A stretch of 64,000 bases of DNA from Bacillota bacterium (GTDB lineage Bacteria > Bacillota > Halanaerobiia > Halanaerobiales > Halanaerobiaceae): positions 3,133 through 67,132 of the forward strand of contig JBNJGL010000006.1 in the NCBI GenBank assembly GCA_051747745.1. Reading direction: 5' to 3'. Position numbers and translations under genes: made by a program. A model generated the notes under the pieces. That model was not told the origin of the DNA. It made no database searches and saw nothing but the letters and a program-made list of their open reading frames with translations. This document shows, piece by piece, positions 33,913 through 44,193 of the stretch (positions are counted from its first letter, which is position 1; each line of letters starts with the position of its first letter).

Positions 33913-35328
33913 ATGAAGAAAAAATTATTGAGTTCTATTCCATCTGTGAATGATATTCTGGCAGATAATCTGGCAGATAAAATAAAGGAGAAATTTTCTC
34001 GAACGGATTTAATTGACGGTATAAGGCAGGTTACAGATAATTTAAGAGATGAAATTTTGTCAGAGAATTTTGATGAGAAAAAGTTTGACAAAAATTTATT
34101 AAGCATTAAAAATATTCTGCTGAATGTTGAAAATTATCTAAAAAAATTATATCAACCTAAGATGGCACCTGCTATTAATGCAACAGGTGTCATTATTCAT
34201 ACTAATTTAGGAAGATCACTGCTGGCTGATAAAGCAAGAAAAGCAGTTGATAATGTAGCAAAACATTACTCAACTTTGGAGATTGATAGAGAAAGTGGTG
34301 AGCGCGGTCACCGCTATGCATCTCTACAGGAAATTATAAAAAAGTTAACTGGAGCTGAAGCTGCTCTGGTGGTTAATAATAATGCTGCGGCTGTAACTTT
34401 AGTTCTGGCAGCTATTGCTAAAGACAGGGAAGTTATTATTTCCCGCGGTGAACTTGTAGAAATAGGTGGATCTTTTAGGGTTCCTGAAGTCATGAAACAA
34501 AGTGGATGTAAGCTGGTAGAAGTTGGGTCAACAAATAAGGTGTATCTAAAAGATTATCTTAATGCAGTATCTGAAGAAACAGGAGCTCTGCTAAAAGTAC
34601 ATACCAGCAATTACCGCATAATGGGCTTTACAGAAACTGTTAGAGCAGAAGAACTTGTAGAACAAGCACATAGAAGGGATATTCCGGTAATAGAAGATCT
34701 GGGCAGCGGTATTCTGTTTGATCTGCAGGAATATGGGCTAGAATATGAACCCACAGTTGCTGAATCAATTAAAGCAGGAATAGATATTGTTACTTTTAGT
34801 GGTGATAAACTGCTCGGCGGACCTCAGGCCGGAATAATAGTAGGAAAAAAGGAATTTATAGAAAAAATAGAATATCATCCGTTAATGAGAGCTTTGCGGG
34901 TAGATAAATTTACTCTTGCTGCTCTGGAAGCAACTTTAAATATTTATAGAAATTTTGATAAAGCTGTTGAAACAATACCAACACTCAGAATGTTAACAGA
35001 AAATACTGAAAAAACAAAACAGAGAGCTGAGGATCTATTAAACAAAATAAAAGAAATAGATGAATTTAATTTTACTGTAGAAAAAGATACTGCCCGTATT
35101 GGTGGAGGAGCATATCCACTAACTGAGCTTGATACATATGTTTTAAAAATTTCTGCTGAAGAAAATTCTCTCGAAAAAATAGCATATCTGCTCAGGCAGA
35201 GTAAGATGCCTGTTTTTACAAGAATTAATGAGGGACAGCTTATTTTTGATTTAAAAACAGTACAGCCATTTGAAATTGATATTCTTGCAGATACTATTAA
35301 TGATATTCTTCAGGAGGAAATAAAATGA
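33913..35328 (+). CDS. selA: L-seryl-tRNA(Sec) selenium transferase
   Basis: 471 aa with the PLP site FSGDKLLGGPQAG. Followed by selB and tRNA-Sec. Confidence 0.92.
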   Translation: MKKKLLSSIPSVNDILADNLADKIKEKFSRTDLIDGIRQVTDNLRDEILSENFDEKKFDKNLLSIKNILLNVENYLKKLYQPKMAPAINATGVIIHTNLGRSLLADKARKAVDNVAKHYSTLEIDRESGERGHRYASLQEIIKKLTGAEAALVVNNNAAAVTLVLAAIAKDREVIISRGELVEIGGSFRVPEVMKQSGCKLVEVGSTNKVYLKDYLNAVSEETGALLKVHTSNYRIMGFTETVRAEELVEQAHRRDIPVIEDLGSGILFDLQEYGLEYEPTVAESIKAGIDIVTFSGDKLLGGPQAGIIVGKKEFIEKIEYHPLMRALRVDKFTLAALEATLNIYRNFDKAVETIPTLRMLTENTEKTKQRAEDLLNKIKEIDEFNFTVEKDTARIGGGAYPLTELDTYVLKISAEENSLEKIAYLLRQSKMPVFTRINEGQLIFDLKTVQPFEIDILADTINDILQEEIK

Positions 35329-37244
35329 GGGAAAAGAATATAATTATAGGTACAGCCGGTCATATTGACCATGGGAAAACAACTTTAATTAAGGCGTTAA
35401 CAGGTGCAGATACCGACCGCCTGCAGCAGGAAAAAGATAGAGGAATTTCAATAGAGCTCGGATTTACCGGTTTTACTCTGGAAGATGGAAATCAGGTTGG
35501 CATCATTGATGTTCCCGGGCACGAAAAGTTTGTAAAAAATATGCTGGCAGGAGCATCAGGTATTGACCTTGCTCTACTTGTTGTAGCTGCTGATGAGGGT
35601 ATGATGCCGCAATCTGATGAACATCTGGCAATTTTGGATATTCTGGGAGTTGAACACGGAATAATTGTTCTGACTAAAACAGATAAAGTAGATTCAGACT
35701 GGCTGGAATTAGTAATAGAGGATACTAAAGACAAAGTGAAAGATACTTTTCTTGAGGGGGCTCCTGTGGTGTCAGTTTCTTCCACTGAAGGTGAAGGTAT
35801 TGAAAGTTTAAAAACAGAAATCCAAAAAATGGTTAAAAAAATTCCTCCTAAAGATCCTGAAGGGAATGTATATTACCCGATTGATAGAGTATTTACAATG
35901 AAAGGATTTGGAACTATTGTAACCGGGACACTTTTTAGCGGCAGCATAGAGGTAGAAGATGAACTGGAAATTTATCCAGAAAGAAAAAAGGCTCGTGTGA
36001 GGAGCCTTCAGGTACATAATTCCAAAGTCGAGAAGGCTTTCCCCGGTCAGAGAGTTGGTGTTAATTTAGCAGGGATTGATAAAAGCGAGGTTCAGAGAGG
36101 TGATGTTCTTGCAGAACCCTCTTCTTTAATAAAAACCAAATTTTTTGAAGCACATTTAAAACTTCTTAATGGACTTTCTTTTTTGATAAAACATGGTGAC
36201 AGAATTAGATTTCATATCGGGGCACAGGAAGTTCTGGGGAGAATTTTCTTATTTGATAGAGAAGAAATTCTGCCTGGAGAAGATGCCTATGTCCAGTTTA
36301 GACTTGAAGAAGAACTTGTGGCTCGTTTTGGCGAAAAGTTTGTATTGAGAAGATATTCTCCTATGACAACACTGGGGGGCGGAAAAATAATAGAAATAGA
36401 TCCTCCACCGAGAAAAGGGAATTACAGCAAAGTATTAGAGGAATTAAAGATAATGGAAAATGCAGGTCCAGAAAAAAGAGTGGAGATCTTAATAAAAAAC
36501 AGGGAAAAAGAAGCTGTAGAAAAAAAATATCTTTTAAAAAGAACAACTTTAGCAGAAAAAAAACTTGAGCACTGCCTGAATGATTTGCTAAAAAAAGGAA
36601 TAATTAAAAAATTATCAAATGCAGAAAACAGCACCTGGATCCATATTGATAATTTATATAGAGTAGAAAATGAACTTCTTTCAATAATTTCTGATTACCA
36701 CAGCAGCAATAGTCTTAAAAAAGGAATTCAAAAAGAAGAATTGAGGTCACAGTCTGATTATTATTTTGAAAAAGCAGAATTCAGCATAATTTTAAACTGG
36801 ATGAAAGAAAATGGAAAAATAAAAGAAGAAGAAAATATAATTTCATTAGATGGTTTTAATATCAGTTTTAATGAAGAAGAGAAAAAAATAAAAGAAAATA
36901 TTATTAATAAATTTAAAGATAATTTATTTAATCCACCTGTTCTGGAAGATTTAGTGAAAACTTATAATAATCCAGATAAGGTATCAGATATTTTGCAGTA
37001 TTTGCTTGATCAGGGTGAATTGATCCGGCTTACACAGGATATCTATCTTCATTACTCTGCTCTAGATGAGGCTATTAACAAGCTGAAAATGTATTTTAAA
37101 AACCATGAAAGTATTGAGCTATCAGAGTTCAGAGATCTTATTGGGAGTACTCGAAAATACTCTTTACCATTATTAGAAGAATTTGATAGAAGAAAATTAA
37201 CTGAACGACGGGGAGATCAAAGATTTCCTTATAATTTAAGCTGA
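35325..37244 (+). CDS. selB: selenocysteine-specific elongation factor
   Basis: G-domain GHIDHGKT, DVPGHE and TKTD, with a long winged-helix C-terminal extension. 4-nt overlap (ATGA) with selA. Confidence 0.92.
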   Translation: MREKNIIIGTAGHIDHGKTTLIKALTGADTDRLQQEKDRGISIELGFTGFTLEDGNQVGIIDVPGHEKFVKNMLAGASGIDLALLVVAADEGMMPQSDEHLAILDILGVEHGIIVLTKTDKVDSDWLELVIEDTKDKVKDTFLEGAPVVSVSSTEGEGIESLKTEIQKMVKKIPPKDPEGNVYYPIDRVFTMKGFGTIVTGTLFSGSIEVEDELEIYPERKKARVRSLQVHNSKVEKAFPGQRVGVNLAGIDKSEVQRGDVLAEPSSLIKTKFFEAHLKLLNGLSFLIKHGDRIRFHIGAQEVLGRIFLFDREEILPGEDAYVQFRLEEELVARFGEKFVLRRYSPMTTLGGGKIIEIDPPPRKGNYSKVLEELKIMENAGPEKRVEILIKNREKEAVEKKYLLKRTTLAEKKLEHCLNDLLKKGIIKKLSNAENSTWIHIDNLYRVENELLSIISDYHSSNSLKKGIQKEELRSQSDYYFEKAEFSIILNWMKENGKIKEEENIISLDGFNISFNEEEKKIKENIINKFKDNLFNPPVLEDLVKTYNNPDKVSDILQYLLDQGELIRLTQDIYLHYSALDEAINKLKMYFKNHESIELSEFRDLIGSTRKYSLPLLEEFDRRKLTERRGDQRFPYNLS

Positions 37245-37388
37245 TTTTCAGGTTATATTTTAATAATTGGAAAATTAAATGTTTATTTCTTTGTTAGTTA
37301 TAAAGTTGGATCCTATTAATAAAAAATCTACGTGTGCTTTACCTGTGGAGTATACAATTTATATATTAAATTTAAACTAAAAATTTTC

Positions 37389-37417
37389 TTGAAATAATTT
37401 GGTGAAAATGTTAATAT
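37389..37417 (+). promoter_or_regulatory. extended -10 promoter for tRNA-Sec
   Basis: TTGAAA (37389-37394), a 17-nt spacer ending in TGT, then TAATAT (37412-37417). This is 19 nt upstream of the tRNA 5' end. Confidence 0.5.
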
Positions 37418-37436
37418 ATATAAGATGCATGTATAC

Positions 37437-37535
37437 GGGAGTGGCTGTGTCCATGGTGGACATCCCGGACTTCAAATCCGGCGGCAGGCAGGCGGACCTG
37501 TCTGTGGTGGGTTCGATTCCCACACATTCCCGCCA
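37437..37535 (+). tRNA. selC: tRNA-Sec (anticodon UCA), CCA encoded
   Basis: 99 nt with a 6-bp D-stem (GTGTCC/GGACAT). The anticodon arm is CCGGA-CTTCAAA-TCCGG. It has a long variable arm and a T-arm GTGGG-TTCGATT-CCCAC. The 3' end reads G-CCA. Confidence 0.9.
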
Positions 37536-37557
37536 AAATAAGTAAATTTTTGAGGTG

Positions 37558-37597
37558 CCATATGATAAAAGATCATATGGTATTTTTATTTTTTTCA
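37558..37597 (+). terminator. terminator after tRNA-Sec
   Basis: 9-bp stem CCATATGAT/ATCATATGG followed by a T-rich tract. Confidence 0.7.
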
Positions 37598-37737
37598 GAG
37601 GATTATCCGCAGTATTATAGAATAATATAATCAGGAAAATACATTACAATCTATAATATCTATTTATGTTTTTAAAGGTATGATATCTTTTTGATTTTTA
37701 CAGGCTTAACTTTTAAAGTAGAAGGGGGAATAAAAAA

Positions 37738-39048
37738 ATGAAAACACTTGCTTTAATACTGGCAGGAGGAAGAGGGACAAGGCTGGATATTTTATCTGCA
37801 CACAGAGCAAAACCCAGTGTTCCTTTTGCAGGTCAGTTTAGATTGATCGATTTTGCTTTGAGCAATTGTGTTAACTCCGGACTTTACAATATTGGGGTAC
37901 TAACACAGTATCTGCCATTATCACTTAATAACCATATTGGAATAGGAAAACCCTGGGATCTGGATAGAAAAATTGGTGGAGTAACAATACTTCAGCCTTT
38001 TAGAGGTAAACCTGGTAAAACTGACTGGTATGAGGGTACGGCACATGCAATTTATAAAAATATTAGCTTTATAAAAAATAAAGCTCCTAAAGAAGTTGTT
38101 ATTTTATCTGGGGACCATGTTTATGAGATGGATTACAGTAAAATGTTAGATTTTCATCGGGAAAAAGGTGCTGATTTAACTATTGCTGCTCAGCCTGTGG
38201 ATTATGAAGATGCCAGCAGGTTTGGAATTCTGGATTTTAGAGATGATAAAAAGATAGTGGATTTTGTTGAAAAACCTGAAAATCCCCCCAGCAATCTAGC
38301 TTCTATGGGAATCTATATTTTTAATAGTGAGATTTTGGTTGATGTTCTGAAACAATACTGTACAGAAGAAGATTCTGATTTTGGTCATCATATTATTCCA
38401 CCTATGATAGAGAACAATGAAGTTTATATTTATGAGTTTGATGACTACTGGAAAGATGTAGGAACACTTGATGCCTACTGGAAGACTAATGTAGAGTTAA
38501 CAGAACCTGTGCCAAAATTAAACCTGTATAATAAAGAGTGGCCGCTGTACACAAGAGACAAAGAAAAACCACCTGTTAAATTTGGAGATCAGGGTGGAGC
38601 AGTAAGCAGTCTTATTTCTAATGGTTCTATAATTAATGGAAAAGTCGAAAATTCTGTAATAAGTCCTGGAGTATATATTGAAGAAGGTGCAGTTGTAAAA
38701 AATTCGATTATATTTAATGATTCTGTAATAAAAAAAGGTACTATTATTGATAAAACAATTATTGATAAAGAGGTTACAGTAGGGGCAAACTGCCGGATAG
38801 GGTTTGGTGATGATTTAACTCCTAATATGGATAAGCCGGATCTTTTAAGTAGTGGTTTAAATGTGATAGCTAAAAGAGCTACAATTCCGGAAGATACTAC
38901 TATTGAAAGAAACTGCCGCATATTTTCTTATGTGAATATAGAGGATTTTCCTGATGAATTTATTAAAAGTGGAAGTACAATAACTTCAGAAGTTGGCGAA
39001 AAGCTTGCTGAAGGAGATGAAGATCAGGTAAGAAATCTAAATGTTTGA
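37738..39048 (+). CDS. glgC: glucose-1-phosphate adenylyltransferase
   Basis: LAGGRGTRL nucleotide-binding motif, PFAGQFRLIDFALSN, and a C-terminal left-handed beta-helix region. Confidence 0.85.
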   Translation: MKTLALILAGGRGTRLDILSAHRAKPSVPFAGQFRLIDFALSNCVNSGLYNIGVLTQYLPLSLNNHIGIGKPWDLDRKIGGVTILQPFRGKPGKTDWYEGTAHAIYKNISFIKNKAPKEVVILSGDHVYEMDYSKMLDFHREKGADLTIAAQPVDYEDASRFGILDFRDDKKIVDFVEKPENPPSNLASMGIYIFNSEILVDVLKQYCTEEDSDFGHHIIPPMIENNEVYIYEFDDYWKDVGTLDAYWKTNVELTEPVPKLNLYNKEWPLYTRDKEKPPVKFGDQGGAVSSLISNGSIINGKVENSVISPGVYIEEGAVVKNSIIFNDSVIKKGTIIDKTIIDKEVTVGANCRIGFGDDLTPNMDKPDLLSSGLNVIAKRATIPEDTTIERNCRIFSYVNIEDFPDEFIKSGSTITSEVGEKLAEGDEDQVRNLNV

Positions 39049-39084
39049 TAACAACTAAAAGTTAATTAAAAAAATAGTTATTTT

Positions 39085-39114
39085 ATAAGGCTGCTTTAAA
39101 AGGCAGCCTTATTT
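39085..39114 (+). terminator. terminator after glgC
   Basis: ATAAGGCTGC...GCAGCCTTAT stem with a short T tract. Confidence 0.55.
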
Positions 39115-39194
39115 AAAAATAAAGGTAAATTAAGGAAAATGAAGAATTTATAAAAGAGAAGACAAAATATCTTTATTTAATGGAGGAGAAATAT

Positions 39195-40313
39195 ATGGCT
39201 CTAAGGATTTTACATACAGCCGATATACATATTGGCATGAAATTTTCCAATTATCCAGCCGGCTTAAGAGAAGAATTAGTGGAAGCACGGTTTGAATCTC
39301 TGCAGGATTTAATTTTTGAAGCCAATCAGTCGGAAGCCGATCTTTTTGTAATTACTGGAGATTTATTTGAAAGAATAAATATATCTGAAAAAGATATTCT
39401 CCACACCATAAAAATATTGGAGAATTTTGGGGGAGAATTTGTATTAATAATTCCTGGAAATCATGATTATGATAATGGCATGGTAGATTTGTGGAGTTAT
39501 TTCAAAAAAAATATTTCGAATAAAATAAAAGTTTTAAATGAATACAGGACATTTGCAATAAATATTTTAAATCAAAATATAATACTGTATCCTGCCTTCT
39601 GTGACAGCAAACATTCTGCAGATAACCGTATTGACTGGTTTAAGAATACCACAGGACCAGAAGATAGCTTAAAAATAGGACTTGTACATGGGGCCCTTAT
39701 CGATATATCTCCAGATATGAATAATAGATATTTCAGCATAAGTGCTGAAGAATTAAGAAATTTTGATATAGATTTATGGCTTCTTGGACATACTCATATT
39801 CCATATCCGGATAAAAAGAAAGTAAACGATAGTAAAATTTTTAATTCGGGTACTCCTGAAGCAGATGGATTTGATTTTTCTGCTGAAAGTTCTGCCTGGA
39901 TGATAGAAATAGACCAGAGTAAAAATATAAATGCTGAAAAAATAAACTGTGGTAGGTTTGTGTTTCTTGATATTAAAGAAAACATTAACAGTATAGAGGA
40001 TTTGAAATTTTTAATCAATAAAATTTTGGATAAAAATACAGAAAACAAAATTGTTCGCCTGACTCTATCAGGATATATCAATGAAGAAAGTTATCTGCAG
40101 AAAGAAGAATATTATAAAAAAATGAGAGAAGAATTTAAATATTTTTTAATTGATGATAGTGATCTAAAAATTAAAATATCGAAGGAAATGATCAAAAGAG
40201 AATTCAGTATAAATTCATTTCCATATCAGCTTCTAACTGAATTAGCAGATAGATTTGATGATGATCAGCCACTCCAGATTGCATATGAATTAATAAGAGA
40301 GGTGCAGCAATGA
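39195..40313 (+). CDS. SbcD/YhaO-like metallophosphoesterase (DNA repair exonuclease family)
   Basis: Contains HTADIHIG, GDLF, GNHD and GHTH motifs. ATG 39195 lies 6 nt after GGAGGAG (the track start is 39180). Confidence 0.75.
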   Translation: MALRILHTADIHIGMKFSNYPAGLREELVEARFESLQDLIFEANQSEADLFVITGDLFERINISEKDILHTIKILENFGGEFVLIIPGNHDYDNGMVDLWSYFKKNISNKIKVLNEYRTFAINILNQNIILYPAFCDSKHSADNRIDWFKNTTGPEDSLKIGLVHGALIDISPDMNNRYFSISAEELRNFDIDLWLLGHTHIPYPDKKKVNDSKIFNSGTPEADGFDFSAESSAWMIEIDQSKNINAEKINCGRFVFLDIKENINSIEDLKFLINKILDKNTENKIVRLTLSGYINEESYLQKEEYYKKMREEFKYFLIDDSDLKIKISKEMIKREFSINSFPYQLLTELADRFDDDQPLQIAYELIREVQQ

Positions 40314-42730
40314 GGCTTACAGAATTTGAAACAGATTATTTTGCCGGGCTTAGAGATTTAAAAATTAAATTTCATCCAGGACTGAATATCCTTTTGGGAG
40401 CAAATGAAGCAGGGAAAAGCACAGTGGTTGATGCTGTTTATGCTGTGCTGTTTAAAAGTTCAAAGCTGCGGATGAATCTCAAAGAAGACAGAGAATTCAA
40501 AGAAAAATATATGCCTTTAAATAAAAGCAACTATATTAACTCCATTATTAGTTTTAATTATTATGACAGGAACTTCACTCTTCAGAAAGAATGGGGAGAT
40601 AAAAGTGAGGCCCAGCTTTTAGAGGTGGATGGAGAAAAAATAGTTGATGAAGCATCTATACAGGATAAAATTTTTGATATTTTTTCTTTTGGTAGAAAAA
40701 CAGCTAAAAATATAATTTTTACCGGTCAGGAAAATATGAAAAATATGATTGAAGAGATAAAAGAAAATCCTCAAGTGAATAGTACACTTAATGGTTTTCT
40801 CCGCAGAGCAGTTATGGAGCTTGATGGTATTTCTGTGGAAAAATTTAAATCAAAAGTTGAGGAGAATCTGGATGATTTTATAAAAAGATGGAATTTATCT
40901 GAAAAGAGACCGGAAAATCCCAACCGGGGTGTAGATAATCCGTATCTTATTGGATGTGGAAGAATTTATGATAAATTTATCGAAAAAGGGTTAAAAAAAC
41001 AGGAAATGGAACAGGCTCTAGAACTTGAAAATAAATATTTTCAGCTGGCTGAAGAATTAAAAAATATCAAAAAAAATGGAAAAGAACTTAAAGAAAAGAT
41101 AAAATTTCTATCTCAAAAAGAAGATGATATATATAGAAGAAGTGTAATTGAAACTAAATTGGAAGCAAAAAATGAAAAAATAGATGAACTAAAGAAAGTT
41201 AACAAAAACTGGCCAGCAGTTTTAATTAATTTAAAAAATGCTGAAAAAGATCTGTCTGCTGCTGAAAATCAGATAGAGCAATTGAAAGAGGAAAAAGAAA
41301 AAGCAAGAAAGAAAAAGAGTATTGCGGAACAGAGAAAAATAAAAGATAAAATTGATAAAATAGAAAAAAATATTTCTAAATTGGAGAAAAAAATTAAGGA
41401 TCTGCCTCAAATAAAAGAAGATGATATAGAAAGACTTAAATTTTTAAATGATAAATTAATTGAAGATAAAGCGTTACTTAAAGCATCTACCTGGAGAGCA
41501 GAAATAATAGAAGCTCCAAATGATATTCAGATTATAAGTGGTTTAAATGATAAAAAGAGTTTTGAAAAAGGTGATATATTTGATGTAGAAGCATATTTGA
41601 AAATAGAACTAGATGATTTATTTGTTTTAGAAGTTCAATCTAAAGATCTGGATTTTTCTCTCCTCAAAGAGAGATACAGCAAAAATAATCAGGAAAAAAA
41701 TAAAATTTTAAAAAAATATGAGGTTGAAAATCTGTCAGAACTTCAAAATATCAGGAAAAATATAAATAATTTAAATTCAGAAATAAAGTTACAAAAGAGA
41801 AATAAAGAAAATATTTTAGATGATAAAAAAATTGAAGAAATTGAAGATAGTCAGGAAGAACTTGAAAAATTAAAAAATGTAAGAGAACTTTCTGAAGTTG
41901 AAAATGAATTGGATAATATACTTTTAGAAAAAAGTGATTTAGCAAGCAGTGTCAGCAGTTTAAGTGATAAAATAAATGTGTGGAAAGAAAAATATATCAG
42001 TCATGATCATATATTTGATGAAATAATAGAACTAAAAAGTGAAATAAAAAAATTAGAAGAAGAAAAAGAAAAATTAGAAAAACTGCCTGAAAAATATAAT
42101 TCCATTTCTCAATTTAAAACAGAGCTTGATAATTTAAGAAATAAAAAAGAAGAAAATGAAAACCTGTATCAGAAAAAACAGGTAGACTATATTAATATCA
42201 AAAACCAGCTGGCAGATAAATCCTATGAAGAACTAAACAAAGAATATGTCCAGCTTGAAGCAGAATTTAAGAAAAACGTAAAAAAAGCAAAAAATTTAAA
42301 AAAAGTTAAAGATATAATGGAGGAAAAGTTAAAAGAGTTTGATCAAAAAAGCTTTCGTCCACTCATAGAGTCATTTTCTTATTATATAAAAGAAATAACA
42401 GGTGATAAATATACTGTTCAAAATTTTGATGAAAAATACAGGATTAAACTGAAATCATCTGAGAAAGAGCTCCCTGTTGAAAAAAATTATTTATCTTTTG
42501 GAACCTATGACAGTACAGCACTTGCTTTAAAATTTGCGCTTGTTGAACAGATATACAGTGATAAGAGAGGTTTTTTTGTCCTTGATGATCCCTTAGTAAA
42601 TCTGGATCCAGATAGGCAGAAAAATGCCTTTAAATTAATTAAGTCTCTGTCAAAAAAATATCAGATTATTTTTACAACCTGCAGTCCCAGTACAGCAGAA
42701 AAACTGGGTGGAAATATAATTGAGATCTAA
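40310..42730 (+). CDS. SbcC/YhaN-like SMC-type AAA ATPase with long coiled coil
   Basis: Walker A GANEAGKST, signature-like LSFGTYDS, Walker B FFVLDDP. About 450 aa of Lys/Glu-rich coiled coil. 4-nt overlap with the upstream nuclease gene. Confidence 0.75.
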   Translation: MRLTEFETDYFAGLRDLKIKFHPGLNILLGANEAGKSTVVDAVYAVLFKSSKLRMNLKEDREFKEKYMPLNKSNYINSIISFNYYDRNFTLQKEWGDKSEAQLLEVDGEKIVDEASIQDKIFDIFSFGRKTAKNIIFTGQENMKNMIEEIKENPQVNSTLNGFLRRAVMELDGISVEKFKSKVEENLDDFIKRWNLSEKRPENPNRGVDNPYLIGCGRIYDKFIEKGLKKQEMEQALELENKYFQLAEELKNIKKNGKELKEKIKFLSQKEDDIYRRSVIETKLEAKNEKIDELKKVNKNWPAVLINLKNAEKDLSAAENQIEQLKEEKEKARKKKSIAEQRKIKDKIDKIEKNISKLEKKIKDLPQIKEDDIERLKFLNDKLIEDKALLKASTWRAEIIEAPNDIQIISGLNDKKSFEKGDIFDVEAYLKIELDDLFVLEVQSKDLDFSLLKERYSKNNQEKNKILKKYEVENLSELQNIRKNINNLNSEIKLQKRNKENILDDKKIEEIEDSQEELEKLKNVRELSEVENELDNILLEKSDLASSVSSLSDKINVWKEKYISHDHIFDEIIELKSEIKKLEEEKEKLEKLPEKYNSISQFKTELDNLRNKKEENENLYQKKQVDYINIKNQLADKSYEELNKEYVQLEAEFKKNVKKAKNLKKVKDIMEEKLKEFDQKSFRPLIESFSYYIKEITGDKYTVQNFDEKYRIKLKSSEKELPVEKNYLSFGTYDSTALALKFALVEQIYSDKRGFFVLDDPLVNLDPDRQKNAFKLIKSLSKKYQIIFTTCSPSTAEKLGGNIIEI

Positions 42731-42742
42731 TTTCACTTACAA

Positions 42743-43963
42743 TTAAGCCAGGGAAATTAATTTTTCGAATACAGACTGCCAGGATTTTTGAGAAATTTTT
42801 CTCTGAATTTCTGAGTGATTTAAAATCCTATTTTCTCTAACAGATATTATCTGCTTTTCTAATTTGTTTTCCAGTCTTTTTATAAAACTCGGTATTTCAC
42901 TGGGAAATGGCAGACAATCTTCTCCACATAAAGGTGGATTAACAAATTCTATGACATTATTTTTAGCTAGTTTTGAGCCAAGCCACTCTTTTATTCCAGG
43001 AAGATCGGTGGTGACAACTCTTAAACCTGAGGCAAGTGCCTCAATAATTACAAGAGGTAAGCCTTCATAATAAGACGGAAGTATAAATATGTCACTCTGG
43101 CGCATTTTATCTGCCAGTTCCTGCTGTGGAATCATTCCAGAGAAAATAATATTATTTCCAATTTCAGCTGCAGCAGATCGAATTTCTTCAGTTTCTTTTC
43201 CACCTCCACCTCCACAGAGAGTCAGAGTAAGTTTATATTTTTTATTAAGATGAGAAAAAGCTTCTAAAAGTGCCATTAATCCTTTTGCTCTGGATATTTT
43301 CCCTGCATACAGCAATTCTACTTTCTCTTTTTTTAGTTTTTTGCTATCTGCAGGATAAAATATTTCTGGATTAAATCCATTACCTATGACTGTAATTTTA
43401 TTATTATCAACTTTCATCAGTCGGTTTATTTCTTCTTTCTGCTGAAAATTCAATGCTATTATTTTATCAATTTTGTTTAAAGCTTTTTTAACTGTTTCCT
43501 GGTGTTCCGGCAGCTGTTTAAATTTTCTTAGTCCTGTACCATGACAGACAGCAAAATGTCTAATTTGCCCGGTATATTTAGTACTTAAGGCTGTCAGCAG
43601 CCACAGATGATGAGAAATAATTAAATCAGGTTCAAAATTGTTAAGAGCTTTTTCAATTGCTTTTGAAAATGCTTTTTTCCACTTTTGGAGTTTGTCTTCT
43701 TTAAGCTCACTGTACAGTGTGCTTTTGTAGGGCATCTGATCACTCATACCTGCAACTGGGAAAGGAAGCTGTTTGGACAAAAAATAGACAGGAAAAAAAG
43801 TTTTACAGCCGTTAAGCTGATATTTATCCAGACTATTTTTATTTATTCCTGCTACAATAGATTGTTCAATAGATTTCTTTGCACCTTCACTAAGTATATT
43901 TTTTAGATAATAACCACTTCCAGTAAAACCTGGTTTTTGTGCATATATATGTAATATTTTCAT
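42743..43963 (-). CDS. GT4-family (GT-B) glycosyltransferase
   Basis: 406 aa with the C-terminal EX7E-type motif PSYYEGLPLVIIEALASG. Confidence 0.8.
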   Translation of the reverse strand: MKILHIYAQKPGFTGSGYYLKNILSEGAKKSIEQSIVAGINKNSLDKYQLNGCKTFFPVYFLSKQLPFPVAGMSDQMPYKSTLYSELKEDKLQKWKKAFSKAIEKALNNFEPDLIISHHLWLLTALSTKYTGQIRHFAVCHGTGLRKFKQLPEHQETVKKALNKIDKIIALNFQQKEEINRLMKVDNNKITVIGNGFNPEIFYPADSKKLKKEKVELLYAGKISRAKGLMALLEAFSHLNKKYKLTLTLCGGGGGKETEEIRSAAAEIGNNIIFSGMIPQQELADKMRQSDIFILPSYYEGLPLVIIEALASGLRVVTTDLPGIKEWLGSKLAKNNVIEFVNPPLCGEDCLPFPSEIPSFIKRLENKLEKQIISVRENRILNHSEIQRKISQKSWQSVFEKLISLA

Positions 43964-44193
43964 TAATTAACACCTACCCTGTTTAGAAGATTATAACAAA
44001 TTTATAATTATGCTTCAAATTATAATTTTATCAGGAATGCTACAATTTTATTGATTAAAATAAGTTAGAGATGCAAATAACCTTTTTGTAGGGGAAACAT
44101 ATAATAATTTTTGTAATTTTAAAACATTGATGACTGTAAATGGTTATTTTACTGTGTTATAATAAATAAAGAATAATTCTGGGAGGAATAAAA

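Noticed and set aside
40900-42300. An A-rich, repetitive-looking nucleotide stretch.
   Set aside because: It encodes the Lys/Glu-rich coiled coil of the SMC-type ATPase. This is compositional bias, not a DNA repeat element.
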